A stretch of DNA of 64,000 bases from Pseudomonadota bacterium (GTDB lineage: Bacteria; Pseudomonadota; Alphaproteobacteria; Rickettsiales; SXRF01): NCBI GenBank assembly GCA_963205195.1, contig CAUJHR010000023.1, positions 89,054 through 153,053 of the forward strand, in the 5' to 3' direction. Positions 1 through 9,725 of the stretch are shown one piece after another (position 1 is the stretch's first letter; each line of letters starts with the position of its first letter). Position numbers and translations under genes: made by a program. The notes beneath the pieces were generated by a model that searched no databases, was not told where the DNA came from, and was given only the letters and a program-made list of their open reading frames with translations.

Positions 1-93
1 AGATAAGCAGTCCTTATTTTGTTAAATGTGTTGTTTTGATACAACATAATAATTACCCATATGATGAAAATCCGCCTGAATTCTTATAGTTTT

Positions 94-1236
94 TTATGGA
101 ATAGAAGGATGCTTTATGGCTGAATTTCTATATTCAGTGGGAGAAATGCCGGTTTTTTCTTTAAATACCCGGTTAAAAGAAGCAATAGAATTGAACCCAA
201 CCTCAAACCCTATTAATGTAATTTGCTGTATTTTATCAGATATGAGCTTTTCCTTGGCTTCATTTATACGGTAGGAATTTATAAGGTCATTGAAGTTTTT
301 TGAGAAATGATGATTTATTATTCTTGAAAGATAATGCTCGCCAATTCCAAGCTTTTCAGCCAGTGCTGCCCTATTTAAGCGGGTTTCCCTATATATTTTA
401 TCTTTTTCCAGCAATATTTTCAGTTTTTCCACATATGGCAGGTCTTGGTTGTAATCATATTGCTGGTGGGCTTTTATTATTACTTCCCTTACCATGCTTG
501 GATAAAATACCCTAAGAAGGGATGTTATAACCAGATATATAAAAGTAAGGCGTACAATAGATTCGCTAAGTTGCGCTTGCCCTTGCCCAACATATCCGCC
601 TATCCGCAACAGGTCGATAACCAGAAGCAGCAAATGCAATAATATCAATGAGATTATTAGCCAGTATTTATGCTTACGCTCGATGCTGCCCTGATTTATA
701 TTTTTTGCCCTGGAGAAATAAACCAGCAGCAATAGGAATATGAATGATGAAGATACGATATGATATAAGGCTTTAGCTGAATAGGCATCCGAGCAGATTT
801 TCTGCGTACAGTCCTCATTGATTTGCATCATATCAGCATATAATAGGTTTGCGCCGCCTATCAAAGGAATCGCAAGCACAATCCAATATCCGTAATATGG
901 TGTCCTCCCCATTATGAACTGGCAGATAAGAAGAAATCCGAAAGCTACAAGCAGGCTGTCCCCCATTAATAGCCCGCCATGTATCCACGGATTTTTTTCT
1001 GCAGTGGGATATAATTCAAGCAGTGGTAATGCAAAACCACAAGCCAGTGACAGGAAATATAAAACAGGTATTATGGTCTGGTTGTTTTTATTTAACAATG
1101 TAGCTAAAAATACCGCTATGAAAAGACTGGGGGCTAAGCCCACCAATTGCATGGCCTGCGTCAGTGTAAAAACAATATTGTTATTGAACGCGGATTCAAG
1201 CATATGTTCAATATACATAAAATATTGAACAAACAC
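94..1236 (-). CDS. AraC/XylS-family transcriptional regulator with N-terminal polytopic membrane domain
   Basis: 380-aa ORF. The C-terminal ~100 aa carry the double HTH of the AraC family (LNRAALAEKLGIGEHYLSRIINHHF ... IGFEVGFNSIASFNRVFKEKTGISPTEYR). The N-terminal ~260 aa are consecutive hydrophobic helices. The track start is GTG; in-frame ATGs lie at 1218 and 1203. Confidence 0.75.
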   Translation of the reverse strand: MFVQYFMYIEHMLESAFNNNIVFTLTQAMQLVGLAPSLFIAVFLATLLNKNNQTIIPVLYFLSLACGFALPLLELYPTAEKNPWIHGGLLMGDSLLVAFGFLLICQFIMGRTPYYGYWIVLAIPLIGGANLLYADMMQINEDCTQKICSDAYSAKALYHIVSSSFIFLLLLVYFSRAKNINQGSIERKHKYWLIISLILLHLLLLVIDLLRIGGYVGQGQAQLSESIVRLTFIYLVITSLLRVFYPSMVREVIIKAHQQYDYNQDLPYVEKLKILLEKDKIYRETRLNRAALAEKLGIGEHYLSRIINHHFSKNFNDLINSYRINEAKEKLISDKIQQITLIGFEVGFNSIASFNRVFKEKTGISPTEYRNSAIKHPSIP

Positions 1237-1255
1237 AAGGATTTATTATAAAAGC

Positions 1256-2038
1256 CTATTTTCCGGTAAATACCGGTTTGCGCTTTTCATTATAGGCATT
1301 TATACCCTCGGTACGGTCGCTTGTATGCAGTAAGCGGTTATAATGGTTTGATTCGGCTGAAAGCGCCTCATTTATTCCAAGATGCGCCCCATGCGTAGAT
1401 GCCCGTTTTATAGAAATTACTGATAAAGGGGCATTTTTTGCTATAATTCGGGCGCAATTTATAGCTTCTTCCATTAATTTATCAGCCTCCAGTAATTTAT
1501 TAACAATGCCCCAGTAATAAGCATCAGTTGCTGAAAAGCTCTGTCCGGTAAGCAGCAATTCCTTGCTGCGCCGAAGCCCTACTGCGCGTGGCAGATTCTG
1601 GGTTCCGCCCATTCCCGGCATTATGCCGAGGGTAACTTCTGGGAAGGCAAAAGTTGCGCTTTTCGATGCGTAAATAAAATCACATCCCAGGGCCAGCTCA
1701 AATCCCCCTCCATAGGCTGCGCCATTGACAGCCGCAATAACCGGAACCTGGCATTCCATTATTGCCTGCAGCGCATTGCGGAACTGATGGTGTTGCACTT
1801 GCCATTTCTGTGCATCCAGCCCGTGGCGTTCCTTAAGGTCGGCACCTGCACAAAATGCCTTTTCCCCTTCGCCTGTTATGATAACTACCCGTATCTTATC
1901 GCTTAATTTGGCGAAGGCATCCTTTATTTCCTGTGCCATGACCGTATTAAGGGCATTCGCCGATTTAGGGCGGCAGAAAGTTATAACGGCTATATTTCCT
2001 TCGATTATATTGGATTTTATGGTAGGTTCTTGGGTCAT
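1256..2038 (-). CDS. Enoyl-CoA hydratase/isomerase (crotonase) family protein
   Basis: Crotonase motifs FCAGADLKE and AAVNGAAYGGGFELALGCDF. The track ORF starts at GTG 2074. I prefer ATG 2038 (MTQEPTIKSNIIEGNIAVITF) because it matches the usual crotonase N-terminus; neither start has a strong SD. Confidence 0.85.
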   Translation of the reverse strand: MTQEPTIKSNIIEGNIAVITFCRPKSANALNTVMAQEIKDAFAKLSDKIRVVIITGEGEKAFCAGADLKERHGLDAQKWQVQHHQFRNALQAIMECQVPVIAAVNGAAYGGGFELALGCDFIYASKSATFAFPEVTLGIMPGMGGTQNLPRAVGLRRSKELLLTGQSFSATDAYYWGIVNKLLEADKLMEEAINCARIIAKNAPLSVISIKRASTHGAHLGINEALSAESNHYNRLLHTSDRTEGINAYNEKRKPVFTGK

Positions 2039-2158
2039 AGTGCTTAAAATACTTGAATCTTCACAAAAAACCACTAAATAAGTGAAAAAGAAATAAATCC
2101 TCTATATGGATTTGCCAAACGAACCTTCTTAACTATTTTATATATTAGAGCTTAAATT

Positions 2159-2695
2159 ATGATCTTACCTTTGATGCCTAAAGCAACCGCAGTGTGGCTG
2201 GTTGAAAATACTGCCCTTACTTTTAAGCAGATAGGGGATTTCTGCGGCATGCACCCGCTGGAAGTACAGGGAATCGCTGATGGCGAAGTTTCCGGCGGCA
2301 TACGCGGGCATGACCCGATTGCCAGCGGCCAGCTTTCGGCTGAAAATATAGCCCAGTGCGAAAAAGATGAGGATAAGAGCCTTGAGATGCTCGATAATGC
2401 TAAACAATATATACAGCAGAAGCCAAAAGGCAGCCGCTATACCCCGGTTGCCCGCCGTCAGGATAAGCCAGATGCTATTGCGTGGCTGGTGAAGAACTAC
2501 CCGGGAATGACCGATGGCCAGATAGGTAAACTGGTGGGCACCACTAAAAATACCATAGCTGCTGTGCGTGGCAAGACACACTGGAACAGCAGCAATATTA
2601 AACCGCGTGATCCTGTTTTGCTTGGATTATGCAGCCAGACGCACCTTGACGCGGCAGTTGCCAGCATTAAGCACGTTGTTGTAGATCAGGAATAA
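2159..2695 (+). CDS. DUF1013-domain protein (TrcR-like, alphaproteobacteria-specific)
   Basis: The N-terminus LMPKATAVWLVENTALTFKQIGDFCGMHPLEVQGIADGEV matches my memory of the conserved DUF1013 family; 178 aa. Confidence 0.7.
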   Translation: MILPLMPKATAVWLVENTALTFKQIGDFCGMHPLEVQGIADGEVSGGIRGHDPIASGQLSAENIAQCEKDEDKSLEMLDNAKQYIQQKPKGSRYTPVARRQDKPDAIAWLVKNYPGMTDGQIGKLVGTTKNTIAAVRGKTHWNSSNIKPRDPVLLGLCSQTHLDAAVASIKHVVVDQE

Positions 2696-2775
2696 TTCCG
2701 ACGAGCGAAGCGAGGGCTAGCCCAATTGATGGGCGCAGCCTGCGTGGTGCTTGAACGCAATTTATAATTAATTGC

Positions 2776-3885
2776 CTAACCATCTTCCAGATGAAGCAGC
2801 AGGGAAACCCCGATCATATTGGCGACCAGTGCTGGCGTCCATGCTGAAAGTATTACTGGTATTGTCCCGGCTGCGCCAAAAGCGAAGATGATATCGGTGA
2901 AGAAATGCATTAGGAAGCCGGTTACAACACCTGATACTATCAATATTCCTATACGCCCCCTGCGCGGTGAACGCAGTGAAAAAACTGCGGCTATTAAAAC
3001 CGTACCCATCATTAAAAACGGATTGGCAAGCAGTGTGTGCCAGTAAAGTTTATGTTTAAGAGCTGAAAATCCGGCAGCTTCTAAAATGCCTATAAAGCTG
3101 GATAAATGCCAAAATGAAATAGTTTCCGGTGAAGCGAAGCTGTCTTGTATATGTTCCAGCGTCAAGGTGGTGGGCAGGTCATATTCGGGCATGGTTTCTG
3201 CTGGTTTTCCCGGAACTGAACGGACAACATCCGTAAGATGCAATGATTTATCATTAAGCACGGCACGTTGTGCATCTAGCCTTTCAACAAATTTTTTGTC
3301 ATTATCAAATGTAAATATAATAACCTTGGCAAATGACATATCGTTTTGCAGTAATTTGGCAGAATAAATTATATGTTCGCTTATATTGCTGATTTTTCCA
3401 TTTTCCATTTGCCGAAGCCATAGGCCTGATGAGGAAACCGCAAGCAGGTTTGCATTATTGGATATATATTTGGCTTCAATCTGTTCATTACGCATCATAA
3501 GCGCAGAGGCGAATGGGTTGAATATAGTGGTCATGAAAACGCCAAGAGAAAATACTACAATTAAAGCAGGCGCCAGGAATTGCCACACGGATATACCAGC
3601 GGAGCGAGCTATTACAAGCTCCTGCGTGCGCGTAAGGCGGGTAAGCGCCATCATGCTTCCGATAAGCACCGCATAAGGCATCAGTTTTATGGCAAAGCTT
3701 GGAAGTTTAAGGAATGTAAGTGAAAGTATTATATGGAAGGGGACGCCATCGCGTCCTGATGCGCGGCGTATCATTTCTACAATATCTATAAGTGCGGTTA
3801 TTGCTATGAGTCCCAGCAACGCAATCAATATGGAAATTATGAAATGCTTGCCTATATAGCGCGACAGTGTGAATGGCAGCCTCAT
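2776..3885 (-). CDS. lptG: LPS export ABC transporter permease LptG
   Basis: 369-aa YjgP/YjgQ-type permease with 6 TM segments and a periplasmic beta-jellyroll insert. It is the second gene of an overlapping pair (ATGA overlap at 3882-3885) divergent from pepA, as in E. coli lptFG. Confidence 0.85.
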   Translation of the reverse strand: MRLPFTLSRYIGKHFIISILIALLGLIAITALIDIVEMIRRASGRDGVPFHIILSLTFLKLPSFAIKLMPYAVLIGSMMALTRLTRTQELVIARSAGISVWQFLAPALIVVFSLGVFMTTIFNPFASALMMRNEQIEAKYISNNANLLAVSSSGLWLRQMENGKISNISEHIIYSAKLLQNDMSFAKVIIFTFDNDKKFVERLDAQRAVLNDKSLHLTDVVRSVPGKPAETMPEYDLPTTLTLEHIQDSFASPETISFWHLSSFIGILEAAGFSALKHKLYWHTLLANPFLMMGTVLIAAVFSLRSPRRGRIGILIVSGVVTGFLMHFFTDIIFAFGAAGTIPVILSAWTPALVANMIGVSLLLHLEDG

Positions 3886-4982
3886 GCGCTTACCTTTTTC
3901 GTGGAAGCTATATGGTCGCTTATTATCCAGCCAGCTATAAAGCCCGGAAGCAGTAAATTAAGATAGGCCAGCGGTATTATCATTGGCTGCACTGCCATTG
4001 CCCCACGTATTCCCACTGCTGCAAATAACAAGAATGTAGCAATTGCAACCGCAATGGTTATTTTCTGCCATTGCCCGCGGCGGTTGAATTGCCCGGAAAA
4101 TAATATTGCAATCGCGATCAACGTAAGGATTAGCGTGTAGGCTGGCCATACTATACGTTGGTGGCCTTCGGCGCGGCGCTTCATTATTTCCGCTGGTGTC
4201 AGGGCGCTTTCATCTCCGTAACCAAACAGGTCAGGCATGAATAATTCCTGAACATCAGCTTTACGGGCGCTTATAGTGTCGGTATAAAAACTTATATCAA
4301 GATTATAGCTCTGGAAATTAAGCAGCGACAGCCTGCCATCGGTCATTTCCTGGCGGTTACCGTTTTCCAGCGAGAAACGCGGACCACCTGGGGTTTCCAC
4401 CATCCTTCCCGATTCCGCCATCATGGTTATGGATTTATTAGGTTGGCGGTTATCATGAACGAGTATCCCGTGTAATTTGCCCACGGAATCGCGCTCGCGG
4501 ATAAATACAGTAAGCCCTTCAACCGGGTTACTGAATACCCCTTCCTGCACAAGCAATGATACATATTTATCCCGCAATATATACTGCATTTCCTTGAATT
4601 TTTTATAGCTGCTCGGCTGTACATATACTGCTATCAGATAAGTTGTAGCCATAACCATAGCCGCAACAATAAGGGCAGGGCGGGCAAGCCTCCAGCGGGA
4701 AAGCCCCATTGCCTGCATCACCACAAGTTCGCTGTCAGTGGTTAGTTTATTATAAGTAAATAGCACAGCGCAAAAAACGGCAGGTGGAAATATCATCATC
4801 AGGAGCGAGGGAATAAGCAGTATAGTTAAATGTAAAAATACATTTATGGATACACCCTGATTTACTATGAATTCAACAAAGCGCAATGCCTGCGTCAGCC
4901 ACACAATGCTGGTAAGGCTGAAAGTAATAAGCAGCGTAGAGTGGACCAGGTGCCGGATGATATATTTATTATAGCGATACAT
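3882..4982 (-). CDS. lptF: LPS export ABC transporter permease LptF
   Basis: 366-aa YjgP/YjgQ-family permease. It is the first gene of the pair and is divergent from pepA-holC (conserved synteny). Confidence 0.85.
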   Translation of the reverse strand: MYRYNKYIIRHLVHSTLLITFSLTSIVWLTQALRFVEFIVNQGVSINVFLHLTILLIPSLLMMIFPPAVFCAVLFTYNKLTTDSELVVMQAMGLSRWRLARPALIVAAMVMATTYLIAVYVQPSSYKKFKEMQYILRDKYVSLLVQEGVFSNPVEGLTVFIRERDSVGKLHGILVHDNRQPNKSITMMAESGRMVETPGGPRFSLENGNRQEMTDGRLSLLNFQSYNLDISFYTDTISARKADVQELFMPDLFGYGDESALTPAEIMKRRAEGHQRIVWPAYTLILTLIAIAILFSGQFNRRGQWQKITIAVAIATFLLFAAVGIRGAMAVQPMIIPLAYLNLLLPGFIAGWIISDHIASTKKVSA

Positions 4983-4986
4983 TGCG

Positions 4987-5065
4987 GATGATTTGATAAT
5001 CAGATATTAGATGATTAAGTTGATTTATAGCTTATATTGTTTAATCATTAAATAATCAAATCATC
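4987..5065. promoter_or_regulatory. Nested inverted repeats in the lptF/pepA divergent intergenic region
   Basis: The outer 11-bp arms are GATGATTTGAT (4987-4997) and ATCAAATCATC (5055-5065). The inner 8-bp arms are ATGATTAA (5011-5018) and TTAATCAT (5041-5048). The two pairs have nearly coincident symmetry centres. Confidence 0.4.
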
Positions 5066-5092
5066 TAATTTTATCCAACGAAGGTTACCTAT

Positions 5093-6601
5093 ATGAAAAT
5101 GAACTTCTCCGAACTTGCTTCTGTAAACAAAGATAATGTGATTATCTACCTGGTTGGCGATGATAAGAAATTATCGGCAGGCGCCCGCGATCTGGATAAA
5201 AAAGCCAGCGGGCTGATAAGCAAGGCCATGACTAATTCCGGCTTTAATGGCAAGCTTGGAAAAACAATGTGTGTGGCATTAGCAAGCGGCGCCCGTGCTG
5301 ATTACGCAATGCTGGTTGGTATAGGTGACATAAAAAAGCTGGATGCCACCGCCTTGGAAAAAATCGGCGGCAGCGTTGTTCCTCAGTTAAACAGTTTGCG
5401 TGCGGTGTCAGCCACTTTACTGATTGAGGATATAAAAATATCAGGCATTACTACAGCAGAAGCGGCAGCCTGTATTGCAAATGGTACAAGGCTCAGGAGC
5501 TATAATTTTGACAAATATTTCACCAAAAAAACCGCTGACGAAAAACCGACCCTTAAAAATTTCACGGTTGCATTATCCGGTGCAAAAGCAGCAGCAAAAC
5601 CATATGCCAAACTTGCGGCTGTTTCTGATGGTGTTGAGTTTACCCGCAACCTGGTGAGCGAGCCTGCTAATATAATCAATCCTGAAACCCTCGCCGAGCA
5701 ATGCCGGACTCTTGAAGATTTGGGCGTTGAAGTCCAGGTGCTTGGTGAAGAGGAAATGTATAAACTTGGTTTTGGCGCATTGCTGGGCGTTGGGCAGGGT
5801 TCAGCTGTTGAATCGCAGCTTGTTGTTATGCGCTGGAACGGGCTAGGCAAAGCTTCAAAAGAAGCGCCGCTTGCATTTGTTGGCAAAGGTGTGACTTTCG
5901 ATACTGGCGGCATCAGCATAAAGCCTGCTGCCGGGATGGAAGAAATGAAGTGGGATATGGGCGGCGCTGGCGTAGTTATCGGGCTTATGAAAGCGCTTGC
6001 CGGGCGCAAGGCTAAAATAAATGCGGTAGGCGTGGTCGGGCTGGTTGAAAACATGCCCGGAGGCAATGCCCAGCGCCCCGGTGACGTAGTTACATCATAT
6101 TCCGGCCAGACCATTGAAGTATTAAATACCGATGCGGAAGGACGCCTGGTTCTTGCCGATGCACTATGGTATACCCAGAAGCATTTCAAGCCTAAATTCA
6201 TAGTTGATCTGGCAACTTTGACCGGTGCTATTATCGTAGCGCTTGGGACATCACGCGCCGGGCTGTTTTCCAACAATGACAAGCTTTCTGACCAGCTCTC
6301 TAAAACCGGTGCGAAAGTAGGGGAAGAAGTATGGCGCTTGCCGCTTGGCGAGGTGTATGACAAGCAGATAAATTCCGACATCGCTGATATGCAGAATATT
6401 GGCAAGGAGCGTGAGGCAGGTTCGATAACCGCAGCACAATTCCTGCAGCGTTTTGTGAATAATACCCCTTGGGCGCATCTGGATATCGCGGGCGTGGCAT
6501 GGAGCAAAAAAGATGCGGAAATCACCCCCAAAGGTGGAACTGGCTATGGTGTACGCCTGCTTAACCAGTTGGTTGAAGATTTTTATGAAGGAAAACCATA
6601 A
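5093..6601 (+). CDS. pepA: Leucyl aminopeptidase (M17 family)
   Basis: 502 aa. M17 signatures VGKGVTFDTGGISIKP and NTDAEGRLVLADAL. It is followed by holC, as in E. coli. Confidence 0.95.
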   Translation: MKMNFSELASVNKDNVIIYLVGDDKKLSAGARDLDKKASGLISKAMTNSGFNGKLGKTMCVALASGARADYAMLVGIGDIKKLDATALEKIGGSVVPQLNSLRAVSATLLIEDIKISGITTAEAAACIANGTRLRSYNFDKYFTKKTADEKPTLKNFTVALSGAKAAAKPYAKLAAVSDGVEFTRNLVSEPANIINPETLAEQCRTLEDLGVEVQVLGEEEMYKLGFGALLGVGQGSAVESQLVVMRWNGLGKASKEAPLAFVGKGVTFDTGGISIKPAAGMEEMKWDMGGAGVVIGLMKALAGRKAKINAVGVVGLVENMPGGNAQRPGDVVTSYSGQTIEVLNTDAEGRLVLADALWYTQKHFKPKFIVDLATLTGAIIVALGTSRAGLFSNNDKLSDQLSKTGAKVGEEVWRLPLGEVYDKQINSDIADMQNIGKEREAGSITAAQFLQRFVNNTPWAHLDIAGVAWSKKDAEITPKGGTGYGVRLLNQLVEDFYEGKP

Positions 6602-6610
6602 TATTACTAT

Positions 6611-6826
6611 ATGAAATTAGTTAGGGTTATTTTTATAATATTCCTTATTATAGGCGTTCTCCTAATCACCCCTGTGTGGCTGATGGCGAGTATTATGACT
6701 TGCGATGCGCCGGGAAGTTGTGATGGCATTAGAATTATATTGCCTTTAATGTTGGGATCGATACCATTACTGCTTATTTTCTTATTCATATATTTGGGAT
6801 GGAAGTCATGGCAAAGCGATGCCTAG
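6611..6826 (+). CDS. Hypothetical small two-TM protein
   Basis: 71-aa ORF with two hydrophobic helices flanking CDAPGSCDG. It overlaps the holC start by 8 nt (ATGCCTAG). It has no convincing SD and I recognise no homology. Confidence 0.3.
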   Translation: MKLVRVIFIIFLIIGVLLITPVWLMASIMTCDAPGSCDGIRIILPLMLGSIPLLLIFLFIYLGWKSWQSDA

Positions 6827-7274
6827 CATAAGCTTCTATCACCTGACCACAACACCGCTGGAACGCGCCCTGCCCAAACTTCTGGAACGCGCATATTCTG
6901 GCGGATATAGGATTGTGCTTACCGCAGAATCGGACGTGCGCGTGGAGCAGATTAACCAATTGCTTTGGACTTATGACCCGGCTTCTTTTTTGCCGCATGG
7001 CAGCAATAATGAGCCGAATCCAGAGATGCAGCCGATATTGCTTTCCACCTATGCCGAGCCTCTAAATTCGCAAGAAGGTGTAGAAAATTTGCTGGTAATA
7101 ACTGATGGCAGGAAAATAGTGCAGAGCGGCTTCGCACGGATACTGGATATTTTTGACGGCAATGACCCGGAAGCTATAGCTGCAGCCCGTCAAAGATGGG
7201 GTGAATATAAAAATGCCGGGCATGAAATAAGCTATTTCAGCCAGAATGACCAAGGCGGCTGGCAGAAAAAATAA
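6819..7274 (+). CDS. holC: DNA polymerase III chi subunit
   Basis: 151 aa. The N-terminus ISFYHL...RIVLTAESDVRVEQINQLLWTYDPASFLPHG aligns with the E. coli HolC pattern (ATFYLL...VLIACEDE...LDEALW...SFVPH). It lies immediately downstream of pepA. Confidence 0.85.
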   Translation: MPSISFYHLTTTPLERALPKLLERAYSGGYRIVLTAESDVRVEQINQLLWTYDPASFLPHGSNNEPNPEMQPILLSTYAEPLNSQEGVENLLVITDGRKIVQSGFARILDIFDGNDPEAIAAARQRWGEYKNAGHEISYFSQNDQGGWQKK

Positions 7275-7510
7275 TCAGCAAAGTTCAGAATAGTTTCTGT
7301 GCTTCCCGGCTTTAAAATCTTCTATTACCTTGATAGCCGGAATATTTCTTAAATGTCACATAAACTCACGCAAATGGGGCGCAATCTATTCTTGTGCATG
7401 ATATTAATTGAAGCAATACAAATGGTTAGCAGATTGGGCTGCAACTTTAAAAATAAATAAGTAATCCAAGATGTTCCTAAAGATGCTGAAAACACAGGAG
7501 AAAACTTACG

Positions 7511-7530
7511 ATAATGTGCAATAATGTGCA
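7511..7530. repeat. Perfect tandem 10-bp repeat ATAATGTGCA x2, with degenerate copies to 7560
   Basis: Read directly: ataatgtgca ataatgtgca aagattagca gataatctgc aataatggga. It sits inside the 390-bp non-coding gap upstream of glyQ. Confidence 0.6.
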
Positions 7531-7663
7531 AAGATTAGCAGATAATCTGCAATAATGGGAAATAAATTTTCTTATGTAAGCTAAGCTTGGCATACGCAAA
7601 AAACCTTGAATTTTCTATCAAAACGGCTTAAAAGATGCCTCTTTATTCAAATTATGGTTTTTT

Positions 7664-8521
7664 GTGACGTTATCATTCCAACAAATGATTCTAAACCTGC
7701 ACCAGTTTTGGGCAAAGCAGGGCTGCGTTATTTTGCAGCCTTACGATATGGAAGTTGGGGCTGGCACATTCCATCCTGCAACCACTTTGCGTGCGCTTGG
7801 AAGTAAGGATTGGAAAGCTGCTTATGTGCAGCCGTCGCGCCGTCCTAAAGATGGCAGGTACGGAGAAAACCCAAACCGTTTGCAGCATTATTACCAATAT
7901 CAGGTCATATTAAAGCCATCGCCTGCCAATATTCAGGAGTTATATCTGGAAAGCCTGAAAACATTGGGCATAGACCCACTGAAACATGATATACGTTTTG
8001 TGGAAGATGATTGGGAATCGCCAACGCTTGGCGCATGGGGGCTGGGTTGGGAAGTATGGTGTGATGGCATGGAAGTCACGCAGTTTACTTATTTTCAGCA
8101 GGTCGGAGGCCTGGAATGTAAACCGGTTTCAGGCGAAATCACTTACGGTCTGGAACGCCTTGCCATGTATATTCAAGGCGTAGAAAATGTTTACGACCTG
8201 GATTTTAATGGCGAAGGCGTGACTTATGGCGATGTGTTTTTGCAAAATGAGCGGGAATTTTCCGCTTACAACCTTGAATATGCGGATACAAAACAGTTGC
8301 TGCGCCAATTTGAAGATGCTGAAATGGAATGCAAGTCGCTGCTTGATAAAAACCTGTCGCTTCCTGCTTATGATCAGTGCATAAAAGCTTCGCATCGTTT
8401 CAATCTGCTTGATGCCCGCGGGGTTATTTCGGTTACGGAACGGGCTGCATATATTGCCCGCGTCCGTGCCCTTGCCAAAGGTTGCTGCGAAGCGTATGTT
8501 GAGAAGGAGGCTGAGGCATGA
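7664..8521 (+). CDS. glyQ: Glycine--tRNA ligase alpha subunit
   Basis: 285 aa. [42 protein letters not shown] is the highly conserved GlyQ N-terminus. Confidence 0.95.
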   Translation: MTLSFQQMILNLHQFWAKQGCVILQPYDMEVGAGTFHPATTLRALGSKDWKAAYVQPSRRPKDGRYGENPNRLQHYYQYQVILKPSPANIQELYLESLKTLGIDPLKHDIRFVEDDWESPTLGAWGLGWEVWCDGMEVTQFTYFQQVGGLECKPVSGEITYGLERLAMYIQGVENVYDLDFNGEGVTYGDVFLQNEREFSAYNLEYADTKQLLRQFEDAEMECKSLLDKNLSLPAYDQCIKASHRFNLLDARGVISVTERAAYIARVRALAKGCCEAYVEKEAEA

Positions 8522-9372
8522 ATGCGAATCTCTGGATCGTAGATGCTTTCACTCCTGTTGCCTTCCGCGGTAATGCCGCCGCTGTTTATTTGCTGGATGA
8601 ATTTGGAAGCGATGAAAAATTACAGCTTCTGGCAATGCAGGCAAATTTATCAGATACTGCCTTTGTGGTTAAAAATGATGGCCTTGATTTCGATTTGCGC
8701 TGGTTTACACCGGAAACAGAGGTAAAGTTATGTGGCCATGCAACCCTTGCCAGTGCCCATGTCCTTGTACAGACAGGGCAGGCAAAAAAAGGCGATGTAG
8801 TTAAATTTTCTACTCTTAGCGGAATATTAAAAGCGAAAATATTAGATAGCGGGATCGAGCTTGATTTTCCAACTCTTGCCGGAAGCCCTGCTAAGCCTGA
8901 CCCGGCCCTTAATGCCCTTGGCGTAAGTTGGGTGAATTGTGAAAGAAGCCGTGATGATTTTTTAGTAGAGGTTAAGGATTTTGATACTTTGCTGGCAATA
9001 AAGCCTGATATGAAAAAACTTGCTAAACTAAAGGCCAGGGGTGTTATTGTTACAACCTCCAAAGGCGTTTCCGGTTATGATTTTGCCTCACGTTTTTTTG
9101 CGCCTGCAATTGGTATTAATGAAGATCCGGTCACCGGTTCGGCGCATTGCTTTCTTGCCCCTTACTGGGCAAAAAAACTGGGGAAAAATAAGTTTCGCGC
9201 ACTTCAGGCCTCGCGCTCGCGCGGTGTTTTAGAAGTAAGGCTTGATGGCGAGCGCACATACATAACCGGTGAATGCGTAACCACGATAAAAGGTCAGGTT
9301 AATGTTGCAAATACTAAATCAAAATCTGTAGCAAAAACAGCTGCAGAAAATACAAAGGAAATTTTCGTATGA
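8518..9372 (+). CDS. PhzF-family isomerase/epimerase-like protein
   Basis: 284 aa. [22 protein letters not shown] and [23 protein letters not shown] are typical of the PhzF/YddE family. Its start overlaps the glyQ stop (ATGA). Confidence 0.85.
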   Translation: MNANLWIVDAFTPVAFRGNAAAVYLLDEFGSDEKLQLLAMQANLSDTAFVVKNDGLDFDLRWFTPETEVKLCGHATLASAHVLVQTGQAKKGDVVKFSTLSGILKAKILDSGIELDFPTLAGSPAKPDPALNALGVSWVNCERSRDDFLVEVKDFDTLLAIKPDMKKLAKLKARGVIVTTSKGVSGYDFASRFFAPAIGINEDPVTGSAHCFLAPYWAKKLGKNKFRALQASRSRGVLEVRLDGERTYITGECVTTIKGQVNVANTKSKSVAKTAAENTKEIFV

Positions 9373-9725
9373 TGCTTACAATGCTTTATAGCAAATTACA
9401 CCGTGCGCGTGTTACGCATAGTGAGCTTAGCTACAATGGCTCAATCGGTATTGATAAAGAATGGCTCACTGCTACCGGGATAAGGGTAGGGCAGCAGGTG
9501 GATGTGCTTAATGTAAATAACGGCGAGCGCTTTACAACTTACGCAATCGAAGAACCGGCTGGCAGTAAGCATATCGGCATATATGGCGCGGCGGCTCATC
9601 TTGCAGATCCAGGCGATGTAATGATTATAATTTCTTACGCGCACATGACGCCTGAAGAAGCCGGGAGCTTTAAACCAAAAGTACTTTTCTTTGACGAGCA
9701 TAATAACGTGGTGGAAAATGTCTGA
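9369..9725 (+). CDS. panD: Aspartate 1-decarboxylase proenzyme
   Basis: 118 aa. MLYSKLHRARVTHSELSYNGSIGID contains the Gly-Ser self-cleavage site. Its start overlaps the phzF-like stop (ATGA). Confidence 0.9.
   Translation: MMLTMLYSKLHRARVTHSELSYNGSIGIDKEWLTATGIRVGQQVDVLNVNNGERFTTYAIEEPAGSKHIGIYGAAAHLADPGDVMIIISYAHMTPEEAGSFKPKVLFFDEHNNVVENV

Noticed and set aside
2696-2775. Relatively GC-rich 80-bp convergent intergenic segment between the DUF1013 gene and lptG, considered as a terminator or sRNA
   Set aside because: Only very short palindromes (GGGCTAGCCC; CGCAG-c-CTGCG) can be drawn. There is no stable stem plus U-tract on either strand and no recognisable RNA family signature.
5500-6531. 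343-aa ORF antisense to pepA
   Set aside because: It lies entirely inside the strongly supported M17 aminopeptidase gene. It has low-complexity Ser/Ala/Pro/Thr-rich composition typical of a shadow ORF on the opposite strand of a relatively GC-rich gene, and I see no motif.
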